NCBI GenBank assembly: GCA_951406725.2
Contig: OX597816.1
Coordinates: 88,102,001-88,166,000, forward strand
DNA from: Octopus vulgaris
Lineage: Eukaryota
Reading direction: 5' to 3'
Length of the DNA stretch: 64,000 nucleotides
Part shown: positions 41,760 through 54,632 of the stretch, in pieces
Position numbering within the stretch: the stretch's first letter is position 1
How the letters are laid out: every line of letters starts with the position of its first letter
Program-made: the position numbers and the translations under genes
The notes under the pieces: generated by a model
The model's input: only the letters and a program-made list of their open reading frames with translations
Database searches by the model: none
What the model was told of the DNA's origin: nothing

Positions 41760-42060
41760 ATCAAATTAATAAACATTGAAAAGAGCAACAAAGGATGAAC
41801 AAATTTTTTTTTTTAAATATGGGAATCATTTCATATTTTATCTATTAAAAAGTTTTTAACGTTTTGGATATGAGTATTTCCTCAGAAAGAATAACTAAAA
41901 GAGAAGCATAGGGTGAGGGAGGTAGAGAGAGAAATATGAGTATACAAAACTATAAATATGCGACAAATAATGTAGGAGGTAAGTGAAAGGTAGAAATCAC
42001 GAAAAAATATTTGTTTGAGAAAAGTTGAGAAAGGTGAGCATGTTTTGCATGCAGTGTATT
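41760..42060 (-). mobile_element. Possible PLE-derived terminal fragment with decayed HHR at ~41853-41890
   Basis: Minus strand TTT-CTGAGGA-AATACTCATATCC-AAAA-CG-TT-AAAA (G12 lost); 3' end in (TA)n. Confidence 0.35.
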
Positions 42061-42154
42061 TCCTCTTTCTCTTTGCCACTCTCACTATATATGTATGTAT
42101 ACAGACAGGCATGGATGCATCATGTATCAATGTATGTGTATATATATATGCTTT

Positions 42155-42692
42155 TGAGTGCTACTGGTAACATGTAACCCAGTACAACCTGTTGCATGGT
42201 CGGGCCGTCGGTGACTAAACCAGCAACCCCACCAAGCTTGCTTGGTGAGGAGGGTGTTTATTGGACACCCTGCGGGATGAAAAACAAAACCCGTCAAAGG
42301 ACGGAGGAACTCTTGAGAGTCAACGGCCATCCAATAAATGTCTTAAGGCTGGATCATGCGCGGGGACATAGAAATAATCGGACTGAATACCCGATCGCGC
42401 AGTTAAACCATTGGGAGTGAAGGACTCTTAGCCTTTGTTAGGGCATCCTTCTTGGAGAAGGTAACTCAGGTAACTGGGATAACTCCGATATAAAACCTGC
42501 GGCTCAGTGGTTACCGATGATGTTGACTTGTTCTTCTTTTCGGATTATGGCTGCAGTTGCTTAGTGAGTGGGATTGACTCAGTGCACAGCCTTTCCCCAC
42601 TTTAAAAAAAATCTTCTTGCACAGGCATTGCACGATAACAACATTGATTAAGCTTCGTGCAATGGCCATACTCGATAACGAGGGGGCAGCCA

Positions 42693-42694
<2 letters not shown>
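42155..42694 (+). mobile_element. RTE-related non-autonomous element (RTE 5'UTR-like)
   Basis: TTAGGGCATCCTTCTTGGAGAAGGTAACTC...TAAAACC resembles the conserved RTE 5'UTR motif (TAGGGCAACCAGTCTAGGAGAAGGAAAACTC); no ORF; recognised from memory. Confidence 0.5.
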
Positions 42695-42749
<55 letters not shown>

Positions 42750-42750
<1 letters not shown>

Positions 42751-43125
42751 TGGCACTCCGCCGGTTACGACGACGAGGGTTCCAGTTAATCCGATGGAAC
42801 AGCCCGCTCGTGAAATTGACATGCAAGTGGCTGAGCATTCCACAGACACGCGAACCCTTAACGTAGTTCTCGGGGAGATTCAGCGTGACACAGAGTATGG
42901 CTGGCCCCTTGAATTTGAGGTACATCAGGAACAGGAAGAAAGAGTGAGAGAAAGTTGTGGTGAAAGAGTACAGCAGGGTTCGTCACCACCCCATGCTGGA
43001 GCGTCTTGGAGCTTTTTGATGTTTTCATTCAATGAACTCTCACATAGCTCGGTCTGGGAATCGAAACCGCGATCCTACGACCGCGAGTCTGCTGCCCTAA
43101 CCACTGCGCCGCCATTGCGCCTCCA
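42750..43125 (-). mobile_element. SINE with tRNA head, distinct middle and group B tail 3
   Basis: Head GCGCAGTGGTTAGGGC..GGTTTCGATTCCC; tail homologous to 43910-44087. Confidence 0.8.
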
Positions 43126-43138
43126 CATATATATATAT

Positions 43139-43690
43139 ATAACTTATAAAATAAGTGCAAAAGAAAAATTCTAATGCCAAATATGCCGAAAATAGACAAA
43201 ATTGTCAATAACATATATTACATATATAACATATAATAGTGTTCACTTCCGGAATCTATCACTTTGTGAAAGTTTCTAGTTCGAATCACACGTGTCTCGA
43301 GATGTGCTGAAGATTTTCTATTTTGGATATATTTGAGGTACTTAGGTCTGCTCAGGACTTAGTGCTTGATTTTCCCATGGGCATGAGTAAGTATTTCATT
43401 TATGTCTCACGTATCTATCGCTGAGGAAGGGAAAATTGTTATGAATTAACTCTGAAATTGGGACCAATACGGTAATAACGTAAATTTTAAGTAATTCTAT
43501 CGGCTTGTTTCGAGTCGCATAAATTATCATGGTTATTGACAATTTTGTCTATTTTCGGCATATTTGGCATTAGAATTTTTCTTTTGCCTTTATTTAATAA
43601 GTTATTTATAAATTAACCTTTAAAGGTATTTTATAATATGCTGGCCATTGATAAATTTTTTTTCGAAAAATGTTATCCTACATAAGATGT
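43139..43690 (+). mobile_element. (TA)n-flanked PLE-like element with inverted repeat (43139-43212 / 43532-43606)
   Basis: AAAAGAAAAATTCTAATGCCAAATATGCCGAAAATAGACAAAATTGTCAATAAC and its exact reverse complement; internal HHR. Confidence 0.7.
43416..43474 (+). ncRNA. Type I hammerhead ribozyme, canonical core
   Basis: TATCG-CTGAGGA-AGGG..CTCT-GAAA-TTGG-GA-CCAA-TA-CGGTA. Stem III AUUGG/CCAAU with a 2-nt loop; AUA triplet. Confidence 0.75.
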
Positions 43691-43744
43691 ATATATATAT
43701 ATATATATATACATTCATACATAAGTATGTGTATATATATATAT

Positions 43745-44087
43745 GAGGGTGCGTGGCTTAGTGTCTAGGGCAATCGGCTCACGATCGTAGGGTGGTGAGT
43801 TCAATTCCCAGCGACAAGTTTTGTTCTTGAGCAAGACACTTTGCTCAATGGACAAAATATACAAGACACGTTGCTCCAGTCCACTCAGCTGGTGAAAGTG
43901 AGTAGCACCTGTATTTCAAAGGGCCAGCCTTCTCAAACTCTGTGTCACGCTGAATCTCCCTGAGAACTACGTTCAGGGTACACGTGTCTGGGGAGTGCTC
44001 AGCCACTTGCACGTTAATTTCAAGAACAAGCTGGTCTGTTGATCGCATCCGCTGAGACCCTCGTCGTCGTAACCGACGGAGTGCTCC
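43745..44087 (+). mobile_element. SINE group B tail 3, full length
   Basis: A box TGGCTTAGTG, B box GAGTTCAATTCCC, core CACGTTGCTCCAGTCCACTCAGCTGG. Confidence 0.85.
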
Positions 44088-44260
44088 TATATATGCAAGC
44101 ATATGTATAAATATAATTTAGAGTAATAATAAAATCTTGTGTAAAATAATTTGAGGGTAAAAGTATGTGTATATGTGAACGAAAGTTAAGAAAAAATTAT
44201 TTAGGTCGAAAGAAAGCAACAGCATAATTTTTAAAATCCCTATTTTGGTATACAACACGA

Positions 44261-44319
44261 AATTTTGTCAGTGAACAGGTCGCGGTCTCAAAGCGACGAA
44301 AATATTTTGGCAAATTAAA
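44261..44319 (+). ncRNA. Hammerhead motif with compensated G3-C8 core
   Basis: TTTGTCA-GTGAACA-G-GTCGC-GGTCTCAAA-GCGAC-GAAA-ATAT-TT-TGGCAAA. 7-bp stem I, 5-bp stem II, palindromic stem III AAUAUU. Confidence 0.65.
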
Positions 44320-44954
44320 TTTAAATGTGGAAGTGAATCTAACGGTTTTTGTGTGTGTTTCTTAAATGGCTTATAAACACCTTTCACGCTGTTTTTCGTT
44401 CCAGTACACGATCTTAGATCACGTCACTTGCTATGCAAGTACATCTCCGTAATATTTTGGTATATTTTGATAAAAATATTGCCTTTTTGATATCTTGAAT
44501 TATTACTTTGTTCCAAAAACTATACATCATCTTCTACATTTCTGAACAAGTGTGATCAATTCATCTCCTTTTTTTGGTTCATATTTTTAATATAGATCCA
44601 CTTGTTTGCCTCTTTGGCTAATCTATCACTAACGTTTTCTGTAATGGCACTATTGTTATTATTATAATAAAGAAAGGAAAGAAATATTGCTCATGTATAA
44701 GAACTAATCAAAATACTTTTATTTCACCTATTCAATTTCGTTCCAATTTTATTCTATTTATTTGTTACAGTCATTTGATTGCGTCCGTACTGGAGCACCA
44801 CCTTTAGTCTAACAAATCGACCCCAGTACTTATTCTATTGGTTCTCTTTTGCTGAATCGCTAAGTTACGGGGACGTAAACACACCAACATCGGTTGTCCA
44901 GCGAGGATGGGGGACAAACACAGACACACAAACACACACACACACACATATATA

Positions 44955-46216
44955 CAGAGGTTGTACAAAATAATAGAAACACCTTAAAATTTCAAACAAA
45001 TATATTTCGATATAGAGTAGGACCGCCTTTGGCAGTAATAACAGCTTGAATTCTACGAGGTATGGACTCGTACAAAGTTTGAATTGTTTACGAAGGAATT
45101 TTTGTCCATTCTTCAGCTAAAGCAGTCTCCAGGTCTTGTAGTGATGATGGTGGAGGATATCGACTACTTACGTGTTTTTCTAAAATGTACCATAAATGTT
45201 CAATAATATAGAGATCTCGGGATTGTGGTAGCCAGATAAGATGTTCAACTTCACTAGAATGTTCCTCGTGCCATTCAATAACAACTTTAGCTGCCTGCAT
45301 GAATTGGTGCTTTATCATCCTGAAAGATTATGCAACCATAGGATGAATTTCATCAGATAAAATGCTTAAATAGTCTTGACTATTAATTTTGCCATGAAGG
45401 GAAACCATTGGGCAGGCGGATTTCCAATACATAGCCCCCACCCACCAGATCACAGATCCTCCGCCTTGTTTAACAGTTGAACGAAGTCAGTCTGGATCAA
45501 ATGCTTCTTTTGGCTGCCCCCACACGCATACTCGGTCGGTGATCGGAAATAAGGTAAAGGATGACTCGTTCGAGAAAATAACATGGTTCCACTGATCTAG
45601 GGAACAATTCTGTAGGTTTTTATTCCACTCTAAACGCTTTGCAACATTTGTTTTTGAAAGTAATGGTATTCTGATTGCAACCCTCCCGTGAAATCCGGTT
45701 TTGTGTAGCTCCCAGCGAACAGGTTTTGTGGAAACTGGGTTCTCGAGGTGGTCATTATACTCTGCAGTAATTTTGGGTTCTGCACTTTTGTGATCCTTTC
45801 TAGCAATTCATGTAATAAGAGTCTGACGGTCCGTATGTGAAAGTTGTGGTTTTCTTCCGGAGTTTTGTTTCGACGAGGAGGTTTTTTCCTTCTTTCTCAA
45901 AGGCTGTCATTACTTTCGGGACAGTACTTCTTGATACACCAAACATTTCAGCTGTTTTCGCTACGCTAGCGCCTGCCATACTAGTACCAACAATTTGACC
46001 TCTTTTAAAGTTTGATAGATTTGTCATTTTAATGAATTTTAATTACCTTTTTCTGATAATATCTAAACAGAAACTGCAATTTTAGCAACACATAGTAAGC
46101 AACACTAATAATAAATCAAAAGCATAAAAAATAAGCAAGCTTTTCACAGTTTTATAGATATTTCAAAATTAGTATGCTGTGATGCTAGGTGTTTCCATTA
46201 TTTTGTCCAACCCCTG
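44955..46216 (-). mobile_element. Full-length Tc1-family transposon
   Basis: TIRs CAGAGGTTGTACAAAATAATAGAAACACCT / AGGTGTTTCCATTATTTTGTCCAACCCCTG; TA TSD on both sides. Confidence 0.92.
45010..46027 (-). pseudogene. Tc1 DD34E transposase pseudogene
   Basis: MTNLSNFKRGQIVG..AEMFGVSRSTV (HTH), VIFSNESSFTLF, WLPQSRDLYIIEHLW, SIPRRIQAVITAKGGPT; frameshifts present. Confidence 0.9.
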
Positions 46217-47320
46217 TATATACGACGGACTTCTTTCAGTTTCCGTCTACCAAATCCACTCACAAGTCTTTGGTCGGCCCGAGGCTATAGTAGAAGGTAG
46301 TTGTTCAAAGAGCCACGCAGCGGGACTGAACCCGGAACCATGTGGTTGGTAAGCCAACTACTTACCACGAAGCAACTCTTGGACACTCTTTTAAGATAAT
46401 GGGATGTTTTGAAAGTGGTTTCATTGTAGTTTGATTTCATTCTTTCTTGTATATGTTTAAAGGTCATTTTGCAAAATTTTTCTTTGCTTTTTCATGTTTT
46501 GATATTTTATAAAATTTGATCTTTTAAATGTTAGGAAAGCACATAGTTTACAATATGATATACATACATACAGACAGACACGTGCGGGTGCACACACATA
46601 TGAATTCATATTTGTGTGTGTGTATATGTGCATGTATATGCATATCTTTACTATAAAAAGGAAAGCTACGTATTAATTAATGTGGAATATATAACTTTTG
46701 TTAAAAGAAAGTAATTATTAAAGCCTACACTGTCTCACTTCTTTTATCATTGAAGATTTCAACTACAGAATACTTATTCATTACGAGATAGCAATTTTTA
46801 AAACTACAAAATGGCTTTCCCTCTTTGTCCTTTCTTTTTATCTGTTTCTTTGTCTCTCTGTCTCTCTCTGTATTTGTCTCTTTCTGTCTCTGTCTTTGTG
46901 TTTCTCTCACTCTCTCTGTTTGTCTCTGTCTGTCTGTTTGTCAGTCTGCCTGTCTCACTTTCTTTCTTTTTCCCTCCCTCTCTCTCTCCCCCTCTCTCTC
47001 TTGCACTCAGGACTATGATATGAAATATGTTACATATTTCCGATAGGTAATTCTTTTGCTGAGATAATAGTCCATGTTATCGTAGTTCATAAGATAAACT
47101 GGAATAACTAAAAATATCATTTCTCATCTCTGCACATCTGTAATCATGTGTGTACATATGTTATTTATAAAGTGCACAAATCTCTCTCTCTCACACACAC
47201 ACGCAATCTCTCTCACTCCCTTTCATCTTCTCTACCTCTTTTTCTCTCTCCATATGTATGTATGTACGTATGTATGTATGTATGTATGTATGTACGTTTG
47301 TATGTGTGTGTATATATATA

Positions 47321-47368
<48 letters not shown>

Positions 47369-47369
47369 T

Positions 47370-47583
47370 ACTCTTTTACTCTTTTACTTGTTTCAGTCAT
47401 TTGATTGGGGCCATGCTGAAGCACCGCCTTTAGTCGAGCAAATCGACCCCAGGACTCATTCTTTGTAAGCCTAGTACTTATTCTATCGGTCTCTTTTGCC
47501 GGGGACGTAAACACACCAACATCGGTTGTCAAGCGATGTTGGGGGGACAAACACAGACACAAACACACAGACACAAACACACA

Positions 47584-47629
<46 letters not shown>

Positions 47630-47800
47630 CATATATACGACAGGCTTCTTTCAGTTTCAGTCTACCAAATCCACTCACAAGGCTTTGGTCGGCCCGAGGC
47701 TATAGCAGAAGACACTTGCCCGAGGTGCCACGGAGTGGGACTGAACCCGGAACTATGTGGCTGGTAAGCAAGCTACTTACCACACAACCACTCCTACGCC
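47370..47800 (-). mobile_element. SINE group D, full length
   Basis: Reverse-complement match to 35206-35686. Confidence 0.9.
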
Positions 47801-47854
47801 TATATATATATATATATGTGTATATATATATATATAAGAGAGATAGAGAGAGAT

Positions 47855-47912
<58 letters not shown>

Positions 47913-50639
47913 TAGGATATAAACACACACTCACATAGTTAAGCAAGATTGTGATAAAAACCTTGTAGAATGCTATGAAAAGCTCCTCCGCAGTTATTAG
48001 CTACCTGATGTCATCATACAATGGCATGCTCCTGCGACTGGATATGCATCAGGAATTCAATAGTATCTTTAAAAATCACTATTGCTTCGTCATATTTTTA
48101 AATCTGTAGTACATTAGTGAGATGTTGTGTAATCATTAACATCCATTCAAGGTGTAAAACGCGCCTCCTCAGTTGATTCCTTAAGTAAGTCAGTCCTTCC
48201 TTAGATCCTACCGTCACTTCACTAAGTGTGAGAATACATACCCAATGTGATGTTTAATTTTTAGCAGTTTACAGACAAAAATTAAACCCATAGATATGGT
48301 GACTGACAAAATACAATTATAATCAAAATACAAAATACAGAAATAAAGAAACGAACAAACAGAAAGAAAATATTTAAAAAATAAGGGGAAAAAAGCATTT
48401 TATGGAGAATACAGATATTTTGTATATTTAGAACTACATAATGAAATGCAACTTTCACTTTTTAAACGGCGCGATGTAATCTGAAGGCAATTTGACTGAT
48501 ATTTCTAGTAGGTTCAGCAATTTCTTAGATGCCCTCTTATTGCTCTATTAGAGAAAAAATATTCTGGTTTTAAATTGTCAAATGATTAACCCACCTCCTG
48601 TAGTAAATACATTCAATCGAATCTAATAATGTTAAGATTTAAATTTAGAGTAGTCATATTCGGTTTCCCCCAATATGCTACCCTCATGATACTTAATAAC
48701 AACAGAAAACAAGGATATAATATTGAGATATAAAATAAATAAATGAAAAGACAGAAAAAGCAAAGAAAAACGTATAATATGAAACGAAGGCAAGATGGAT
48801 ATAAAAACTATTCAGCTGATTAGATTTATGGCAGGTGCTTACATGTTTTACATTGCAATATTGGACAAAGATTTATTATTTCCTTTCTTATTGTTGATGT
48901 ATGCGTGTGTGAGTGTGAATACGTCTAAAGAAATCTTATCAGTAGCATTGAAATAAAATTCTTTTCTTCATACTTGATCTGTAATATTTCATAAAACAAA
49001 ACGAAACGAAACAAGACACGTCTTTTCTTTTGAGCACGAGTATCGCTTGTTTTGTTCTGATGTTTTAATAATTTTTATATACGTTTTAACACCACACACA
49101 CACGCACATGCGCACGCACACACACACAGATACGCAAGTGTGTGTGGGAGCGGTCTGTGGTGTATATTGTGAGTATGTTATATTTCCATAATGTATTTTT
49201 CTTTTGACTCTTGCTTGTGTCCGGGCTGGTGCTGTCGTCGCAGCTTCTACTTCAACCGATGTCGAGGCTGTGTAGTTCTTGTTGTTTTTCTTGCCCAATA
49301 AATCTAAAATTGTTGTTATAATGTACATCAATAAAATATATTAATAAAAGACAAGATAAATGTCAACATTCACAACTGTTTTTGTTATTGCTTTTATTTT
49401 CGATTTGTTTGTCCATATTTATTTTTTTTTTATATTAAAAATGAAAACAGAAATTCCGTTCGTATTATGTTTATTTTTTCCTTCAAATTTTCTTTTCATT
49501 TCGGAATTTTGCTTTTTTTTGATTCATCTCTATAAACAAACGAAGAAAAAAGAAGCACAAAGAAAAACACACACAAAAGTATAAAATGGAAAAAAAATTA
49601 GACAAAGAAAATGAAAATCAAAAATCTAAAGAGCTCTTTTAAAATATTAATTTACCCGAGTTCAAATTTTTAGGGAGAGACGAATAAATCCGTTGATGTT
49701 TAAGTGTTTCCTAAGAAAAATAATAAATATAATAAAATGTGTCATGAATTTAACTCGGTTCATCTCGGGAGTTTAGCACTGATCTACAGCACTGGCTGTT
49801 TGAAGTAGTTTAGAGTACAGGATTAAATGTTAGATGACATTTAGTTCTGCTCTCTCTAAGTTCCAAATCCCACTTAAGACTTTTTATGCCTATCACGATT
49901 TCAGTTATCGATAAAATAAAAAATAAAATTACACACTTGAGTCAAACTATCTGATTAAACATACTCTACAGTATCAAAGCAAGAACTCTACCAAAGATGA
50001 AGCTTCTATAGGATCGGTCAATCTGCTAGAAATACCAGTAATTCTCGCTCGAGTTACACCTTGTCATCTTTTTTTATAAATGTTTATATTAGTTTATGTA
50101 CGTTTGAAAGAAGACGCAAACATCACAGAGGGAAAGTCATTTATCATAGGTCTCCTCAATCAGGAATGACACGAAGCTAAGCAACGTCAGCTACATCAAA
50201 TCATTTCTGATATATTTTCAAGGATAACAATATTATTATCTTTGTAATAGCAGATTGAATCAAATTCTGTGTATTACTGGTACTGATTTTTAGCTACATG
50301 CAAGGCTTTCTTATTAATACGAAGCTAAATAGAATTTGGGCTCTGATTTTAGTTTTAGAAAAAATTTTCTTGCGAAATTATGAGTTTGGAGAATCGGAGT
50401 GGTCAGTAATCGAAATATGTCTCTGAGCTCAATTTTGTCGTTTATTTCATTGATCTCTGATAATCAATAAATGGAACAACGTGTATTTTGATTTTGGTAC
50501 AGATGGACGTGAGCTCTAATTTATAGGGCTGTGTTTATTTAGGAATTGAGGAAAATTCATACATTTATTTCTATACCACCAGTTAGTGATTTTAATGATT
50601 GTGTTAGTAGAGCTTCTATTTTGACTAGCATATCCATGT

Positions 50640-50960
50640 GGCTTATGTAAAACGCGGGACTATTGCCTTTTCCCGGTTCTTTTCGTTCTGGGTTCAAATC
50701 CCACCGACGTCAACATTGCCTTTAACCATTTCGCGAGTTGATGAGACAAAGTACTAGTTAGGTACTTGACGAATGGTATTGACTAATCCACTCCTCTCAA
50801 AACATCTGGCCTCGTGCCTAAATCAGAGACAAATATAGCAGTACTAACCTTTCCCAGCTCTTTTGAGGAAAACTATTGTACTGGTCAAGTACTAAAGTCG
50901 ATGATACGGAATATACCACTTCCCTCAATATTGCTAACCTTGTGTCTTAATTAGAAACTA
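50640..50960 (+). mobile_element. Degenerate SINE group E copies
   Basis: GTTCTGGGTTCAAATCCCACCGACGTCAACATTGCCTTT and a second core/tail remnant. Confidence 0.55.
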
Positions 50961-50979
50961 TCAATAAAGTGCTATAAAA

Positions 50980-51545
50980 GGCGTCGAACTGGCAGAAACG
51001 TTAGCACGCCGGGCGAAATGCTTTGTGTTTCGTCAGCCGCTGCGTTTCCGCCGAGGTCGACATTGCCTTTCATCTTTTCGAGGTCGATAAATTAAGTAGC
51101 AGTTAAGCATTGGGGTCGATATAATCGACTTAATCCGTTTGTCTGTCCTTGCTTGTCCCTTCTGTGTTTAGCCCCTTGTGGGTAGTAGAGAAATAGGTAT
51201 TTTGTCTGTCTTACGTTCTGAGTTCAAATTCCGCCGAGGTCGACTTTGCCTTTCATCCTTTTCGGGGTCGATATATTAAGTAGCAGTTAAGCACTGGGGT
51301 CGATATAATCGACTTAATCCGTTTATCTGTCCTTGCTTGTCTCTTCTGTGTTTAGCCCCTTGTGGGTAGTAGAGAAATAGGTATTTTGACTGCTGATACG
51401 TTCTGAGTTCAAATTCCGCCGAGGTCGACTTTGCCTTTCATCCTTTCGGGGTCGATAAATTGAGTACAAGTTGCGTACTGTGGTCGATCTAATCGACTAG
51501 CCCCTTCCCCCAAAATTTCGAACCTTGTGCCTAGAGTAGAAAGGA
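50980..51545 (+). mobile_element. Composite of three SINE group E (Meta-like core) units
   Basis: Core GAGGTCGACTTTGCCTTTCATCCTTTCGGGGTCGATAAATT.AGTA occurs three times (~51053, ~51236, ~51421); resembles the Meta domain shared by MetaSINEs and Sauria SINE. Confidence 0.85.
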
Positions 51546-53044
51546 TTATTAAAATACTATCATTGCTTACGACATCGAAAGGCAGTAGCCCGTGTGTGGT
51601 TGATCAATTTGTTAGATCCTCTACCGTATTAAAGAAGGAAAATGCTCTTTACTAAATGCAGTAAGAGACATACCGTAAGAGGTGAAGTGGCTATGGGCAA
51701 CATGACTTTGATCATAATCTTAAATGGTAAGGTCTGAGTAAACAACAGCAATATTTGCAAAGCCCGTTAGGAGCTATGGCTATTAGTACAATTATATGAA
51801 TTGAGTTAAGTGTTAGCATTAAGTGTCTTTGGTATAAATTCATTTGAGAGTAGATATTGATTTAGACATAAGACAATTTTTATTTAAGACGGTACAATGT
51901 GGTTTGAGAAATTCGACTTGCATATTATGTACAGGAATAGCAACCATTTTTTAAAGTTAGTAGGATGGTATACACAGGAACTTCGGCTGCTATTTCTGGC
52001 AGGTTAAACAAACACATGACGATTCACAACAGAACTTAATTTTCAACATAACTGGATAGAAGGCCCTGTTTTGAAAACATCCAAGAAACAAAAGACACAC
52101 ATATAACAAACTCAAAGATTACCTCCTTCTGTGAAATCTTTAGATTTATAAAAGAATTAACGTGTCAGACTGAAACTGAAAAATAGGACGCCCCAGCTTG
52201 GCCAAAGTCCAAAAACAAAGAAATAAAAGATAAAAGTTATACTCCAAAACACAAAGGGGAGTGTACATTTATATAAATATTTTTATATCCTTTTTACTGC
52301 ATTTGTGAAGTCCTTTATTATTTCATTGAAGAAATGAGAATAAGACCTAAAAATATCCACAAGCTATCTCCAATACATATATAAATCATTCATTAGATAT
52401 CATTATTTTTCTCCGTTGCCTACTTATTTCTTGTTAGTTTTCATCATTTTAATGCTATGTGCATTTTATGTGCTAGCAGTAATTAACTGTACTCTATAAT
52501 GCGAATGAGGTCCCTAGATGTCTTAATTTCTAAACGAAAACAATAATTTGACCCCGATTTCTCTAATTTTGTATATATATCTTTACTTTCTTCTCCTCAT
52601 ATTTATCTTGGTTTCTAACGTCACAGTTTACATCCACACATTTCTTTCAAGGCAACTTGTATCTATAATCATGTATAGTTATTCGCACTACGCATTTTCT
52701 TTCATTTGTGGATTTGTCACTGTAAACATTTGTCACTCTACGTGTGCATCTGTGCGTGTCCGCGCGAATGTGTATCCATGCATGCATAGACGAGCACACA
52801 CACATTTATGAGTATATGCACCCCCACCCCCACCCCCACACAAAATTAATATAAACCTCAGCTTGCAATGTTTCGCCAAAAAGAAGAATTATGATTATCA
52901 CTAAATGTGACTAGGATATTACAAAACACCTACATTGCTTGAAATAACAGCTAAACCACTCTAATGCTGTAGTTAACGCAATTGAATGAAAACATATACA
53001 CCAACAGGGACCGTAATAGTCCGAAAAGTGCCGATGGAGAATTC

Positions 53045-53091
53045 TTAATACTGACGTCAGTTTCGGCAATGTCTATTGCCTCATCAGTTAA
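53045..53091 (-). ncRNA. Type I hammerhead ribozyme, perfect core and stems
   Basis: TTAA-CTGATGA-GGCAAT-AGAC-ATTGCC-GAAA-CTGACGTCAG-TA-TTAA. 12-nt perfect palindromic stem III ACUGACGUCAGU; GUA triplet. Confidence 0.88.
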
Positions 53092-53169
53092 ACCTGTTCG
53101 ATTGTTCAGCTCTTTTCGGATTCGCTTCGCCATTAGTTTTCGTCATCCAAATTCTTGGATGATCTCGTG

Positions 53170-54400
53170 TTCCACTCTTGACGCCACTTCTTCCATTTCG
53201 GTTTGTGTGCTGTTTCTTCTCGTTGCTGTTCTACTGAAAAAAACCTTTCCAAATATCCTTGTTTGTGACTCCCCCTCCCCCTCCTCCTCCTCGTCCTCCT
53301 CTATAACCTCATTCTCAACCTCCTCTTCTACCTCTTTCTTGATTTCGTTTTCAGCATTCTTTACGACTTCTTCCTCAATCTCCTTATCTGCTTCTTTTTT
53401 CGTTTTCTGCCTTTCCGACGGAGAGCACTTCCGCTTTCTTTTTTAACCACTTCAAATTCCTTCTCTATTCGTGATGTCTCCTCATCTTTCTGTTCCACAT
53501 CGTTCACTCTATCCTGTTCTTCAGACTGTTCCATTTGTTGCTCTTTCTCTTATCTCTGGGGGCACCTCGCATTCATGTAGCTTTCTCGCCACACAAGAAG
53601 CATATGGGAGGCCTGCCCTCTACCACCACTCTTAATCTCACATCTTCGGGTAATATAATTTCTTCTAGAATCTTATTCATATCACTCACAGTTGTCTGCA
53701 CTGCCCTCTCGATTTCGTAACCCCATTAGTTGACTCTTTTCGTTCTTGTTACTCTCAAGATCATCGCCTCCTCCTCCATATTGTACATGGCTGCAGCAAC
53801 CAGCCATGTTTCTTCAATTCTGGTGGTACTCTTCCCACCCTAACTCTGACAACTCTCTGTCCACAGTATGTCGGTAGGAGCACCCACACTTCTGTATTTA
53901 TGGTATCAGTGGAATGCTTTATCGCTTCGCCTTCGCTTGCGAATCGCACCTCCACAGTGCGAAATCATCTTCCTCTTGATATAAATGGCGTAACCTTTTT
54001 GACCTGTTTCAGACACTTCTCTATCACTTCTATGGATGCAATTTCGATTTTCTTTGTCGATACTTTCAGTGCTTTGTAAATCACTGCTTGTTTCTTCACA
54101 TTTGATAACTCGAGCGGGGGCTTCAATTTAAGGTTTTGGCCTTCCTTTTCTAAAAGTTTGCCGCGTTCTTTCAGCTTTTTCGGCTCAAATTTAACTTCTT
54201 GAACCTCCAAAGTTTCTACTTCAATTCCTCTGCCAGTTGCAGCCGCATAAATGTGGCTCTTCGCTGGTTCAGTCTCCGTTACACTTCTTTTCGCTGGTTC
54301 TCACATAAATGGGAAGAAAAAACAGAATTCAACAAAACCTCGTTCGTACAAACAGCAATTTCAGCAACGAACAAACGTGGTACACCCACGAGGGGAGACC
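53170..54400 (-). pseudogene. Tx1/L1-type ORF1 (RRM-like + zinc knuckle + E/K-rich tail) with 5'UTR, no ORF2
   Basis: VEVRFASEGEA...VRVGRVPPE, then VVVEGRPPICFLCGEK(fs)..RCP (CCHC-type knuckle), then an acidic/basic low-complexity tail. Confidence 0.7.
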
Positions 54401-54586
54401 GTTAACAATTATAACAATATCACGACTTACTTCAACGTAATCGTAAAAAAGACTGCCACAACCAAAGAATTTCTCGCGGAATGATCTAGTGATTCGCGAT
54501 CTAGTTATTCGGAATAATCTAGTGATTCTTGGATGATCTAGTGATTCGCGAAGTGAGTGCGGAAGGAGCCGAACAATCGAGCGGGC

Positions 54587-54632
54587 TTAACTGATGAGGC
54601 AACGGAAATTGCTGAAATTGACGTCAGTATTA
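54587..54632 (+). ncRNA. Type I hammerhead ribozyme (second arm)
   Basis: TTAA-CTGATGA-GGCAA-CGGAAA-TTGCT-GAAA-TTGACGTCAG-TA-TTA. Stem substitutions relative to the left copy give G-U pairs. Confidence 0.8.

Larger units (their letters stand above)
44750..46370 (-). mobile_element. SINE group D copy split by Tc1 (44750-44954 and 46217-46370)
   Basis: 3' half lies left of the Tc1 and 5' half right of it; the join falls in the internal (TA)n. Confidence 0.8.

Noticed and set aside
54470-54550. Short repeated units GATCTAGTGATTC with small spacers (CRISPR-like look)
   Set aside because: Units are ~13 bp with 2-8 bp spacers in a eukaryotic context with no cas genes; it is a minisatellite.
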